The notes under the pieces were generated by a model. That model was given only the letters and a program-made list of their open reading frames with translations. It ran no database searches and was not told the DNA's origin. This document shows positions 51,031-64,000 of a DNA stretch of 64,000 nt, piece after piece (position 1 is the stretch's first letter; every line of letters begins with the position of its first letter). Source of the DNA: the human T2T-CHM13v2.0 reference genome, Homo sapiens. The position numbers were made by a program, and so were the translations under genes. The stretch is from the NCBI RefSeq assembly GCF_009914755.1, contig NC_060935.1; one strand, 5' to 3'.

Positions 51031-53148
51031 GCAGAGCAGAAACTATTCACTGATCAAGGAATGGAGTAGGAGAGCTCCTGCTCAAAGTGCCTGGGGTGTA
51101 GTGTGGGGGTGCTCCTTAAGGTCTTTTAGGGCACGTAGTTGGAAAGCAAGGATTCCTGGAAAGAGATGGGGCTTTCCAGAACCAGCTGAGTGTGGCAGTC
51201 TCCTATTTGCTGTTGCCGCCCAACACTACATGTGCCTAGCAAGCTGCATTTCTCCCGTAGGCACAGATTGAGGTATGGTAATTAGCAATTGAGGATTCAG
51301 GTTAGGGTAGCGCTTCTAAGTTCGTTTCCCATCTTGTAGCACGGTGGTTACTGACATCCAGTCTCTGTTTCTGTAAGCAAGCACAGCTTCAAGCACAGGT
51401 TACCTTAATTGGTTCTGGGGCTTTAGGAAAGCATTGAGGTCATCCTGCGGTGACAGAGGCAGCTGTTCAAAGAACTTGGTGCGAGTTTGAGGCAGGGGTT
51501 GTGGAGTGAGGCAGGTAAAAATGCAGATTCCATAGCCACACCCCGACATACTGAATCAGAGTCTGTGAGGGTGGGATCTGGAATCCTTTTTAAAAAGCTC
51601 AGAGGAACCAATTCACACGAACAATAAAAGTTTCATCTGAGCCAAAGACCTTAATCTAGAAATGAGAAAACGGGGATCCCCAAAAGGGTTACAGGGAGAG
51701 GGTTGGAGGAAAGTTAGACTATGACAGTTTTAGGGTGGTTCTTTCCTGGCCTTGGGAAGTTTTCTCAGCTGCTGCTCTGATCAGTACGCAGCTGAATGCT
51801 TTAGGGGAACCCTCTTCATATATCCGGAGTTCCCTCTCTGTGCAGGTCTCCCACCAGGGTCTGTGGCCCGTGACCTCTTGCCACCCTGGTCTCTCCGCTT
51901 TGTCTCCTCAAATCTAGAATTCCAACTGGCTTTGTCTTGCTGCCCTTCCTTGCGACACTGGCCTGGAATCCTTCAAGTTAGTCTGCTAGCGTGGATTGTA
52001 GGATGCATCTCAGTTGTCACTATCCTTAATTGCATGATGTCCAGTTCCTCGCAAAGCGTTGTTTCATATATTTTGCCCATTTTTGTTTTGTTTTGCTTTC
52101 AGACTAGGGGGAAATCCAGTCCCTGTTCTTCCATTTTGGCCAGAAATTCAAGGTAATGACTTTTAATATTTCTGACTACTAGTTCCATCATCTCTCTCAC
52201 TTCTGGATCTGTCTCTATTCACTGATGTTCCTAGTCATTATGGGTCATATTTATCCACTTCTTAAATGCTTGCTGATTGTTTTATTAGATATCAAGCTTT
52301 GTTAATTTCACAACTTTGGGTGCCAGAAATTTTTACCTTCCCATCAATATTCTTGAACTTTATTTTAGTACCTTGATATTTTACATGGAAACCATTTTAT
52401 AATTTCAAAGTTTGCTTTTATTTGTTAGGTGGGAGCAGAACTAGGGCTAATTTTGTCCCACTGTGGAAGAAATACCTTTCAGAGTAGTCTCTCTGATATT
52501 TCATGAATTGTGAAATTTTCTAGTCAGATTTTTGTGAACTGAATCTATTCCCTGTCCTGTATGAGCCTCAGAAATTGTTACATCTGCTCCTTTTGGGTAC
52601 TTCTTTTTCCTGTTCCTTTTCAACAGCTTTATTCCACTCATGCATTGACCAAGCTGAAATCTCAAGGGATACCCACTGCAGATCTCTGATACTATGTGCT
52701 CCTGTGGCTCTCTTCTCCCTAGTACTCTGCCATACAAGCTCCAGTCAGCCTGGCCTCCCAAAACTCCAAGCTTGTCTTCTCAACTCAGGGAAACTGCTAG
52801 ACTCTGCCTGTTCTCTTGCCTAAGATATGCCTTGGAAACTCCATACAGTAACCTAAATAGCCACAGGGCTTACCTCATATGATTTTCTTCTCAGATATCA
52901 GAGATGAGGTCCCACACAGCCTGATGTCCAATGATTGAGAGTTGTTATTTCACAGATCTTTCCTTTTTGGGTTTTTTTTAGACATTTCATGTGGCAGAAT
53001 GAACTCAATCCTTGTTTCTCCATCTTATCCACTAGTAAATATTAGTTATATTCTCTTCGAATTCATCATGAATTCCATGAAGACTGAAGAAAACAAGTCA
53101 CTTAGTGCCACAAAAGATGACCCGAGGACTAGACCTGAAGTTTCAAAG
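50631..53148 (+). pseudogene. Partial duplicate of the FAM111B 5' end (exon 1 ~50631-50734, exon 2 ~52103-52152, exon 3 52982-53148); protease exon absent
   Basis: ATG 53068-53148 encodes [27 protein letters not shown]|GT, closely matching the FAM111B N-terminus as I recall it ([27 protein letters not shown]). Good acceptors at 52102 and 52981, donors at 52153 and 53149. Confidence 0.85.
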
Positions 53149-53784
53149 GTATATCTACTTTTTTACAACTCCTCAGAGGAGTGATAGTCTAACCATAGTG
53201 CCATATGAGGTTCTTGGAGATAAGTTCTTAAACAATGGTCGTTATAAGCCTTTCTCTTAGGTAGTTTAAAATATATTTGGGTAGCTCATACACATAAGTG
53301 CTTGTGGAAAGCATAATGATAGAGTATGAGTTAATAATGCTAAACGTGTCTTAAGACAACAAGATGACTAACAAATAATATAGACACTTAAAATCATGGA
53401 AAGTATAGACAGGCAAAAATAATTAGCTAATGTTTTCTGAGGAAACACTGTGTGCCTGGAATTGTGTCCCATCATATGGATTATCCCATTTAACAGTTAA
53501 TAGAACTGTGCAGTAGTTATTATCATACTTATTTTACAAAAGAAGAAACTGAAGCTCAACTTGCTTATAGTTGCAGAAGTAACGGACTTCAAAGCAAGGA
53601 TCTTAACCTAGGCAGTCAGACTACAGAGACTGGTTTTTGACCCACACTATTTTGCTCAAAATATGCAAAATGATAATACTAAATTGAGATATAAACAAGT
53701 GATTTTAGAGTACAGAGAGAAGAATACTTAATTCAGACTAAGGAAACTACAGCAGCATCATATGAGAAATGATTTATTAATGAA

Positions 53785-54160
53785 AAATAAATCTAAAATT
53801 GTCAAACTCATAGATGTAGAAGTGGTTGCTGGGCTGGGAAGAGAGAAAAATGGAAGTGTTAGTCAAGGGATACAAAGTTTCCTTACACAAGGTGAATAAG
53901 TTGTAGGGATCTGAACAGCATGAGTGCCAATAGTTAACACTATTGTGCACTCAAATTCTTGCTAAAATGATAGATTTTATGTTGTGTTCTTATTACAAAA
54001 ATAATAAATAAGAGGGCAGGAAGAGACTTTGGGAGGTGATAGATAGGTCGATGTCATAGAATGTGGTGATCATGTATCTTCACATTCATCAAGTTGTATA
54101 CACTAATTATGTACATTAATTATGCATTTGGTATGTCTAAAACTAATTTATTTTTTAAAA
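53785..54160 (+). mobile_element. Old L1 (L1MB/MC) 3' fragment
   Basis: CAAACTCATAGA...GTGGTTGC...CAAGGGATACAAAGTTTC...CATCAAGTTGTATACAC. Confidence 0.65.
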
Positions 54161-55005
54161 AGAATGAATAACATTTCACTAGTGTATCAAGGATGAAGGA
54201 ATGGCCTGAGTAAAGTCATGTACACAGGAAAACATATTTGGGGAACAGGATAGCTGCATTTGATGCTATGTAAGGAGAATTCAAGAATGTGGTAGGCAAA
54301 TAATGCTTTCTATACTGGTAAGGTAGTGTGGTGCCAAGATCACAGTAGGCTTTATATCAATAAGAGCTTTTCATATTGACAGTAAAAATATTTTCTACTT
54401 GTGAAACAATAAAATGGATTCATTGGTTCACCTGAGTGGACATTCCAGAATTCAGCAGAGCTCTTAATTCAGTAGTATACAGTTTCTTTGAGGACTTGTT
54501 TGTGTGTTCAGTCTCTATGTTCTGCTTTTCATGTTATCCCCTGGCTGGCTTTCTGCATAGTGACAAATACAGCTGCAGTAATATCGGATGTGTTACTCTC
54601 CCGATAATGAGTCTACCCTGGTTTCCTGAGGAAACTTCTCTTTGCCATCTTATTGTCCCAACTTAAGTAGCTCACCCATTTCAGCACAAAACCTTGTGAC
54701 TCCGAGGGCACATATAGATATTCTTAAGCTGTCATGAATTCATTTCCATACATGTATGGCTCCTAAAAAGTGTGAGAGAGGTAGAATAGCTTTCTGGAAA
54801 ATAGCTGCAGTATCTCCTACTTCTTTGAAATCCATGTGTAGGTTTTTGGATTTTCTTCTGTAAATAGAGGAGACGCGTTTGCCGACTTTATCTCTGTATC
54901 GCTTAGGAGGAGTTATTTAATTCACTTTAGACTTTGTTAAGTTAAATATTAATGTTAAAATGCCCAGGGCTATTTTGTTCAAGACAGTTGCCACTAATCA
55001 CGTGA

Positions 55006-55304
55006 TTTTTTTTTTTTTTTTTGAGACGGAGTCTCGCTGTGTTGCCCAGGCTGTAGTGCAGCCCCACGATCTCGGCTTACTGAAAGCTCTGCCTTCTGGG
55101 TTCACGCCATTCTCCTGCCTCAGCCTCCTGAGTAGCTGGGACTACAGGGATCCGCCACCATGCCCAGCTAATTTTTTCTATTTTTTAGGAGAGACGGGGT
55201 TTCACCGTGTTAGCCAGGATGGTCTCGATCTCCTGAACTCGTGATCCACCCACTTCGGCCTCCCAAAGTGCTGGGATTACAGGCGTGAGCCACCGTGCCC
55301 GGCC
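55006..55304 (-). mobile_element. AluY-like
   Basis: Diagnostic GGGTTCACGCCATTCTCC and CACCGTGTTAGCCAGGATGGTCTCGATCTCC. Confidence 0.88.
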
Positions 55305-55739
55305 CACATGTGATTATTTATATTCAAATTTAAATTCAACTTAACTAATATCAAATAATGAAAAAGGTGAATAATACAAAATCTCAGTTGCACTAATCAC
55401 ACGTCAAGTACTTAAGAACCACCTGTGACGGTAGTATTAGGCAGTACCGATGTAGAACATTTCCATCACTGCAGACATTTTATTGGGCAATACTTGTTTA
55501 GGGCATCCAATTATAGAATAGAACTACAGTGTAAAACTGCCAAACTATTTGTCTAGAAAATAGAATGAGAGGAAAAAATCAAAATAAAGGAGGCAACAAA
55601 GCAAAGGTTTATAAATTGTGAAAAAGTGGAAAAAGTAGGTGATACAAAAAAAGATGATAGAAATAAACGCAAAACACGCTACACCCAATTAATTGTCTTA
55701 CAGATTATTCGAAAGACTTTAACTTTTCTTGTTTCTTTT

Positions 55740-57085
55740 AAATTCATTTATTTCATATACAGTAAAATTCAGTCTTTTTGGTATATAGTTCATGTAACCA
55801 TGCCTACAGTCATGTAACCATGACCAAAATCAAGAAGCAAAGCAGTTTCATCACACTAAATAACTCCTTTTGTGGTTCCATCACAATAAATAATTCCGCG
55901 TTCTCCCCACTCATCCCCTATTCACCCTAGTCCCTCGCAACAACTAATCTCTTCCTTACTCTAGTGTTACCTTTTCCAGAACATCATATAAGTTGAACAT
56001 ACACTGAATCATACACTTTGAGTCTGGCTTCTTTCACTTAGAACATTCCACTTAAGATTCATGGGTGCTGTTGCATGCATTGACAGTTTTTCTCTTTTTA
56101 TTGCTGAGTAGCATTCCCACTGTGTGAATGTATCAAAAATCTGTTTATCCATTCACTCACTGAAGAATATTTGAGTTGTTTCCCGTTTGGGGAGTTTGTA
56201 AATAAAGCTGTTGTGAACATTTGCATACAGGTTTTTGTATGAAGATTAGTTTTCATTTCTCTTGGGTTCACCTAGCAGTGGAATTGCTGTCATGGAAAGT
56301 GTATGTTTAACTTTATAAGAAATTGTCAAATTGATTTCAAGATGGCTGTGTAATTTCACATCCTCGATACCAATGTGTAAGAGTTCCAGTTGTTTCATAT
56401 ACTTTTCAACACAAAGTTTTTCTGATTCATTTATTATCATAGGTATGTAATGACATCCTTTTGTGGTATTAATCTGCATTTCACTAATGACTCATGATTT
56501 GAGCATCTTTTCATGTGTCTATATCATCCACATATCTTCTTTGGGAAGTGTCTATTAAAATATTTTGCCCATTTTTATACTGGTTACTTATTGCTGAGTT
56601 TTGAGAGGGCTTTACATATTTTAGAAACAAGTCCTTTGTCATATTGCTTTTCTCATAACATTTGTGATAATTGCTGATATTTTATCTCTGTATAGCTTGT
56701 CCTTTCATCCCCTTAGTCCTGTTTTGGGAGGGAAAAGTTTTCAAATTTGATGAAGTTCACTTTCTCCATATTTCTCTTTGTGAATCATGCTTTTGTTTTT
56801 TACATCAGAGAATTCTGCTAAATGTAAGATCACAAAAATCATTTCTAAGTTTTCTTCCAGAAGTTGTATAGTTTTAGGTTTAAGTCTGCAATTAAGTCTT
56901 ATTTTTATTTTTTTGTATGGTGCAATACCTGGATCAAAGTTTGTGTGTTTGTGTAAACTGTGTGTTAATTGTATAAACAAGTTATCTCAATAGTGGATGA
57001 TTAGCGTCTTATCATTGCTGAGTCTTCCAATCTTAAACAAGGTATATTTCTCCATTTATTTTGGTCTTGTTTAATTTCTTTTGCT
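55740..57085 (-). mobile_element. Old L1 3' region
   Basis: Minus ORFs MQINTTKGCHY...AIPLLG and KPKTIQLLEENL. Confidence 0.75.
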
Positions 57086-58206
57086 TCGAGGCACCTGGGA
57101 GAATAGGCAAACCTGGCGGATGAAGGCAGATTGGGCAGTGGGGGGGCTGAAGGGGCAATGGGACTGGTGCACAACTCTCTCCAAGGCCAGCAGACAAGGC
57201 AAGAATTAGAAAGACCGGAAGGACAAGGCACGAGTGACAGAGAAGGTTAGTGATCCTGGCATCATGCAGCTTGAAGATTGTCCAGTAAACTGTGAGTGGC
57301 TCCTCCTAGCAGACTTTCTACTATTACCTCTGGGTTTCTGGAGTGTGTCTGCACTGTCTTGCCCCTTTGACCAGAAACCCTTGCTTCCTCCACACTCCCT
57401 GAATTCCTCAAAGGACAAACCTCCAGCACTGGAATCTCCCTCCCCAGACAAAATATCTGCACAGATGTAGTCACGTCTCCATCAGGGGTCCCCAGAGTTA
57501 CATCCCCCTGGAAACTGAATGGTCAAGATAATAAGCTATTGGGACTTTTGTATGCCAAATGCGACAGTCTGCTGGGCACTTTATCAATGTCTTATGGGAG
57601 TCTCACCACACCAGGAGGAAAATGTTTTCCAATTTAGCTTTCTTTCCCACGCCCAGCCATGCACTTTTTGCATGGCCATACCTAAAGACTGCATTTGCCT
57701 CCTTAAGGTTAGCTCTCAAAGCTCATGGAGATCACCTATAATATGACTTATAATTGGGGTTTGCCAGCCGAATGAGATCTCATAGGATGAATATCCAGTT
57801 TGTTTGGTGACGGTGCACCTGACTCAGAGGAGCACAACGGGCGAGACCTGATCCCACCTCAGATGAGTTTCCTGACAAAGTTTCTTCAGCAGCTGCTTGG
57901 GTGTCCATTTCATGCACTTCACTTTTCCTGAGCTCTGTGGCCGGTAAGCTGAGTGTAACTTCCATTTTATTTTTAATAGCCGAGTTAAGTCCTGAAGTAT
58001 TTCAGCCACAAATGCTGGTCCATCGTCTGACCCAAGAGTCAGGGTTAGTCCAAATCTGGGAATAATGTCTTTTAACAACACCTTGGTTACCTCTCATGCT
58101 TTCTCTGTCCTGGTAGGGAAAGCCTCGACCTGCCTCGAAAAGGTGCAAATGAACACCAACATGTACCGACCGAGAACACCCTGCTCAAGGCAGCTCTTTA
58201 AAATCC
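57086..58206 (-). mobile_element. ERV1 (gammaretrovirus-like) internal fragment with integrase core, truncated at the duplication junction
   Basis: Minus ORF LLKDIIPRFGL...GSDDGPAFVA...WKLHSAYRPQSSGKV; a DFKELP motif ends at the junction. Confidence 0.85.
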
Positions 58207-61200
58207 AGCATTGTGTGTGAGTGGCTCCACAAGTACCTCCTAGTGCAGCCCCTCAGTTTAAAGAGGAAAGTGGGGGAAAAAAGAAACTCCAGAAAGCTTT
58301 AATGTTCTTGAGTGATTCCTTTACGTAATGAGCATGGTTTTAACAACTGGAGATGAGCCTACTTTGGAAACAGCCCCTCTTACCCCATGTTTATTGTTAG
58401 GGCACTCCTTTATCCACTCCATGCCCAATATGTCTCATTCCCAAGTAGCAATGAGTTAACTAGAAATTTAACAATTTTCTACAACTTTACACTTAGATTA
58501 TGCTTTGTTATAAATTTTTACACCCTTCTTCTGTTAAAGATGCAGAATTGGGCTTTAAAAAAAATCATTGGATCAAATAAGCCCTTCCCTTTCCACTTGA
58601 CTCTGGGAATGTGAGCAGACGGTTCTTAAGATGTTGAGTTTTGTCTACTATCCACTGCTTTTTAGCCAGGAATTCTCTAGTGATCTGAAGCAATGCAACT
58701 GAAGAACACTTTTTAAATTATGTGTTGACAAGTTGCCTTATATATAAAGAGGAAAAAAAATTACCTGGTTTATATTATGCCAGATGTCAGTAACATGAAG
58801 TCCTAATTTATTGTTCTCAGTTGTTTTCCTGCCTAATGTGAACTTCCGTGTCCCTGAGCCCTCAGGAGTACCTACAGCTTATGGTGCAATGTCTTCTCCC
58901 AAAGTGTTGGCCACCATTTCACCCAAGGGCCTCTTCCAATTCTTGCTTATCTGAGTCAGATTTAGAGAGTACCACTGTCTCCCCTTATCCCTTACTTCAT
59001 CTCCAAACCACATACTCGTGCTATACTTTTCTTCTCAGTACCTCTCCCTGAATGGTGAGCTGCCATTTTAGGAAATTGGACCAGATACCAATTTGGGAGC
59101 TTTCAGTCAAACAACCTCAAACCCATGTCTTCCTATGAAGAGGTGCAAGTCTCTGAAGCTCTCACTCACCCCTGCAGTCTGTGTAGAAAATGTACTGTAA
59201 TCCCCCTGGCCCCCAACTGTCATTGCCTTTGGTGTGAGATATTCCCTATTTCCTAGTTTAGCTTGAGTCCCTCTCTCCTCTGCTAGCCAACCCCCATCCA
59301 GCAATAAGGAACCAAGCGACAGCCTCCTATTCACACTCCCTGCCTCCTTTCCACACAACCCTAGGGAATACCTGGATTGCCCCACTCTGTCCACATACTG
59401 TAGCATTCATTCTCTATCATCCTCTCACCTGTGGTGGTTTATGGATGTGATAGAGTTTTTAAGATTACTACAAACTAGTAAAAAGGAAAAGCAACTCAAA
59501 GAGAGACAAAGAGAGAAAGAAAGATCTGTTCAGCGTCTTTGCCCATTTTTAATTTGGATTGTTTGTTTTCTTGCTATTAAGTTTCTCATTATTTTAAACA
59601 TTAACCCCTTATCAGATGTATGGTTTGCAAATATTTTCTTCCATTCCATAGGTTGCCTCTTCATCCTGTTGATTGTTTCCTTTGCTGTATAAAACTGTTT
59701 TAGTTTGATGTAATCCCATTTGTCTATTTTGGCCTTCGTTATCTGTGCTTTAGGGATTCTATCCAAAAATCATTGCCACAACTAATATCACGAAGCTTTT
59801 CTCCCATGTTTTTGCCTAGTGGTTTTACAGTCTCAGGTCTTACATTTAGGTCTTTAAACCATTTTGGGTTGATTTTTGTACGTGGTGTGAGATAAAGTCT
59901 AATTTCAATTTTCTGCACGTGGATATGCAGTTTTTTTCAACAGCATGTATTAAAGAGACTGCCCCTTCCCCATTCACATGTTCTTGACAACTTTGTCAAA
60001 ATCAATCATCTTAAATGCATGGATTTATTTCTGGACGTTCTATTCTGTTCCATTGTTTCATTTTTCTGTTTTGATGCTAGTACCATCCTGTTTTCATTAC
60101 TATTGCTTCTTAGTACATTTTGAAATTAGGTAGTGTGATATCTCCAGCTTTATTCTTGTTGCTCATGATTGATTTTGCTCTTAAGGATCTTTTGTGATAA
60201 CATATATATTTTTTGGTGTTTTATATTTCTTTCAAGAATGTCATTGGTATTTAGATAGGAATTGCATTGAATTTGTAAATCACTTGGGGCATTGTTGTCA
60301 TTTTGACAGTATTAATTTTTGCAATCTATAAATAATAAATAGCTTTCTATTTATTTGTGTTTTCTTCACTTTTTTCATATAACTTTCATAATTGTCACTA
60401 CATAAGTCTTTAACCACCTTATTTACATTTACTCCTAAGTATTTATTTTTTCTAGCTTATGCGAACAGGATTTTTTTCTTTGTCAGGTCTTTCATTGTTA
60501 GTGTATAGAAACACTACTGATTTGTGTATATTCATTTTGTGTCTTGCCATATTACTGAATTTGTTCAGTAGTTTTAACCTAGTTTGCTGCAGTCTTTAGG
60601 ATTTTTTATATATAGGACCATGCTATATGCAAACAGGGACATATTTAGCTACTTCCTTTCCAATTTGGATACTTTTTATTTTTTTCTCTTACCTAATTGC
60701 TCTGAGTAGAACTTCCATTAATGCACTGAATAGAAGTAGTGAGAGTGAGCATCCTTGTCTTGTCCTTAATCTTAGAAAAATGTTTTTCATATTTCACCAT
60801 TAAGTGTGATGTTAACTGTGGATTTATCGTATATGGTCTTTATTGTATGAGCTACATTCCTTCTATACCTCATTTGTTGAGCGTTCATAATCAGGAAGTC
60901 ATGGTGAACTTTATCAAGTGCTTTTTCTGTACCTATCAAGTGTCATATGGATTTTGTTATTTATTCTGTTGATGTGGTATTTCACATTTATGGATCTGTA
61001 TGTTGAACTATCTTTGCATCCCTACGTTAAAGCGCACTGTATCATGATGAATGATCTTTTTGACATGTTGTTGGGATTAGTTTGTTAGTATTAATATTTA
61101 TTGATGCACCTATGTTCAATAGTGCTATTGCCTAATATTTTCATTTGTTGAAGTGTCCCTATCTTTGGTATCAGGATTATGCTTGCCTTGTAAAACAACT

Positions 61201-63355
61201 TTGGAAATATTCCCTCTTCTTCAATTTTTTGGAAGGCTTTTAGATGGATTGACATGAGTTCTTCTTTAAATATTTGGTGGAATTCAGCAGTGAAGCCATC
61301 AGGTCCTGGGCTTTTTTTTAATGGAATATTTTTTATTACTAATTTAACCTCCTAACTCATTATTGGTCTGTTTAGATTTTCAATTTCTTCATCTGGTGGG
61401 GTTTATGTATCTAGGAATTTACCCATTTATTGTAGATTATCTAATTTGTTGGCATATAATTGGTCATAATAGTCTCCTGATTTTTTTGTGATGTAAGTTG
61501 TGATGTCTCCTTTTTGTTTATGATTAACCTTTTTTTTTCTGTTAGTCTGGATAAAGATTTGTGAATCTTATTTAACTTTTCAAAAGATCAAATTTCAGGG
61601 GTTTTTTTTCATTGTTGTCATAGTTTCTATTTAATTTAACTGCCCTGATCTTTATTTATTCCTTCATTCTATTAACTTTGGGCTTAGTTTATTCTTTTTA
61701 TAGTTCCTTGAAGTGTAACATTAAGTTGTTTAAGATCTTTCTTCTTTTTCACTGTAAACGTTTTGAAGCATCTAACAAGTTTTGGTATTTTGAGTTTCCA
61801 TTTTTGCTGGTCTCAACATATTTTTTAATTTCCACTTTAATTTCCTCTTTAATCCATCTGTTGTTCAGAAGCATGCTGTTTAATTTTCATGTATTTGTGA
61901 GTTTTCTAAAAGTTCTCCTGTTATTAATTTCTACTTTCATGTCATTGTGATCTGGAATGATAAATGGTATGATTTCAGTCTTCTTAAATTTATTATGACA
62001 TGCTTTATGTCCTAACATTTGTTCTCTAGCATTTCCTGTAAGACAGCTCTGATGGTAATAAACTCCCTCAGTTTTTGTTTGTCTGGCAAAGATTTTAATC
62101 TCTCCATTATTTGCAAAAAACAGATTTTCCCAGGAACAGTATTTTTGGTTGACACTTTTTTTTCTATAGAACATTGCATATATCATTCCACACTCTCAGC
62201 CTATAAGTTTCTGCTCAAAAATCTGCTATTAGCCTTCTTGGAACTCCCTTATATGTTATTGGCTTATTTTCTCGTTTGTTTTCAGAATCTTTCTTTTCTT
62301 TGATTTTTGACAGTTTAATTAAAGTATATCTTGTACTCTTGATGAGACTGAATCTTATCAAACATCTTCAATGTTCCTATACCTGTATATTTCTCTTTCC
62401 GCAGACGTGGAAAGTATTCTGCTATTATTTCATCAGACAAGCATTCTTTCCCTATCTGTTTCTCTTCTCTTTCTGGGACACACATGATATGTGCATTGGT
62501 TCTCATACTGATGTTCTATAATTGCCAAAGGATGTCTTCATTTTTTCTCATTTTTTTCCTTTTGTGTCTCTGACTTGGTAATTTCAAATGATGTGTCTTT
62601 GAGTTCATTGATTCTTTATTCTACTTGATCAAATCTGCTTTCAAAGAACTCTATGAAATTTTCAGTTCAACCGTTGTGTCCTTTATGTCCAGAATGTCTC
62701 TTTTTTTATGATTTCTTTCTGTTTGTTGAACTTTCTATTTTGTTCATGTATTATTTCTCTGATTCTTTTTAGTCATCCATCTGTGTTTTCTTGAAACTCA
62801 CTGAGCATTTTAAAGACCATTATTTTAAATTCACTGTCAGAAAGTTCATAAACCTTTATTTTTTGGGGTCAGCTATTGGTTATTCTTTTTTTTTCCTTTG
62901 GTGGTATCATTTTTCTCTTATATTTCTTGATTTTTAGGCTGTGCATTGGTGTCTGCACATTTGAAAAACAAGAAAGTTATTCCAGTCTTTGCATACTGGC
63001 TTTGTCTGGAAAAACCTTTTCCCAGTCATCCAGCAATTCTTGGTAGGGTGTCTGCTGTGGTCTGCAGGTGAACTTGTTGCTGAAGTCTTCAGGCAGGCTG
63101 GCCTGGTGCCTGTGTCAGCAGGTGGTAGGCTTGGTTCCTGGGTCTGTAGAGTTGGGCCTGAATCCTGTATCCACTGGTTGGATATTTTCATTGGGTATGT
63201 GGGGATGAACATAAAGCCTATGTCTATAAGGGCAGGCATACAGCCTATACCAATAAGGGCTGGACTGAAGCCCCTGTCTACAGGGGCTGACATGGCTCTG
63301 ATGTGGGCAATGAGTCTGTGTCTACAAGGGCTGGCTAGGTTGTGGAATGGGCCTA
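58207..63355 (+). repeat. Segmental duplication, copy 2 (paired with 18330-23488); the duplicon presumably continues past the window
   Basis: Direct sequence identity at an offset of ~39.87 kb. Confidence 0.97.
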
Positions 63356-64000
63356 GTGTCTGGGTCTACTGGGATGAGCCTGGAATCTGAGTCGATGGGG
63401 ACTGGCCTGGTACTGGTGCAGGATTAGAGCCTGAATCTGAAGAAACGGGCCTAGGATCTTGGTAGATGGGAGCTGACCTAGAGCCTGTGTCTTCAGAGAT
63501 GGTCCTAGAGCCTTGGTGCATGATGGCCAGCCTAGCGTCAGGGTCTGCTGAACTCAGCCTGTACACTGGGTTTGCAAGAGCACAGCTCGGCTCTGAGTTT
63601 ATTGCATCCTGGGTCACAAAAACCAGCCTGAACCCTGAAATTGGCCTAGGGTTGGAGTGGGGTTGGGGCCAGTCTAGAGCCTGAGATTATAGCTGCTAGA
63701 CTGGTGCCTGTAGCCATAGGAGCTGGCCTAGAAACTGCGGAATGGCCTGGAGGCCGGGTGTGTGAATTCTGGCCTAGAACCTAGGTCTTCAGGGCTAGCA
63801 TGGAGACTAGGTCCACGAAGGCTGCCTAGGGTCCCAGGGCTGGAGGAACTGGACTGGAACCTGGGCCCACAGAAGCAGTGCTAGATACTGGGTCTGTGGG
63901 CACAAGCCCAATAGTGGAGTCAACTGTGATGGGTCTGGACCCTGGGTCTGCTGGAGCATGTGACCCTGGGAACTGGCCTCAAGAGTGGGGTGGCAGAAAT
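59524..64000 (-). mobile_element. Old L1 (L1M), paralogous to 19652-23488 but retaining a GC-rich repetitive 5' region
   Basis: ORF2 fragment [13 protein letters not shown]; quasi-repetitive GGCCTAGAGCCTG motifs at 63355-64000. Confidence 0.8.

Noticed and set aside
53068-53184. Calling this the real FAM111B gene
   Set aside because: It differs from the recalled FAM111B N-terminus, and the locus is cut by the duplication junction at 58207 with no large protease exon.
63355-64000. Quasi-periodic GGCCTAGAGCC motifs as a CRISPR-like or novel array
   Set aside because: Irregular and degenerate, consistent with an old L1 5' repeat region; the context is eukaryotic.

Overview
Primate, most likely human, genomic DNA. 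By recognition it is the chr11q12.1 GLYAT/GLYATL cluster next to FAM111B; it is not prokaryotic. Most of the window is interspersed repeat: nested L1s including a full-length L1PA3-like element, a full-length Tigger1, ERV1 LTRs and internal fragments, and Alus. The centre is a ~39.9 kb tandem segmental-duplication unit (18330-58206; the next copy starts at 58207). It carries (i) a five-coding-exon GLYATL1-family glycine/glutamine N-acyltransferase gene (29912-38149, +) that splices into an uninterrupted 302-aa ORF with canonical GT-AG introns, although by position it appears to be the copy I recall being annotated as pseudogene GLYATL1P4, and (ii) an orphan copy of the FAM111B 5' end (CpG-island/E2F promoter, UTR exons and first coding exon [10 protein letters not shown]..., 50631-53148) that is cut off before the protease exon and points into the next duplicon. 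The GLYATL gene's upstream exons are exonised from a MER57-like LTR and, in this copy, form a 58-codon uORF. Paralog and repeat-subfamily names come from memory and need database confirmation.
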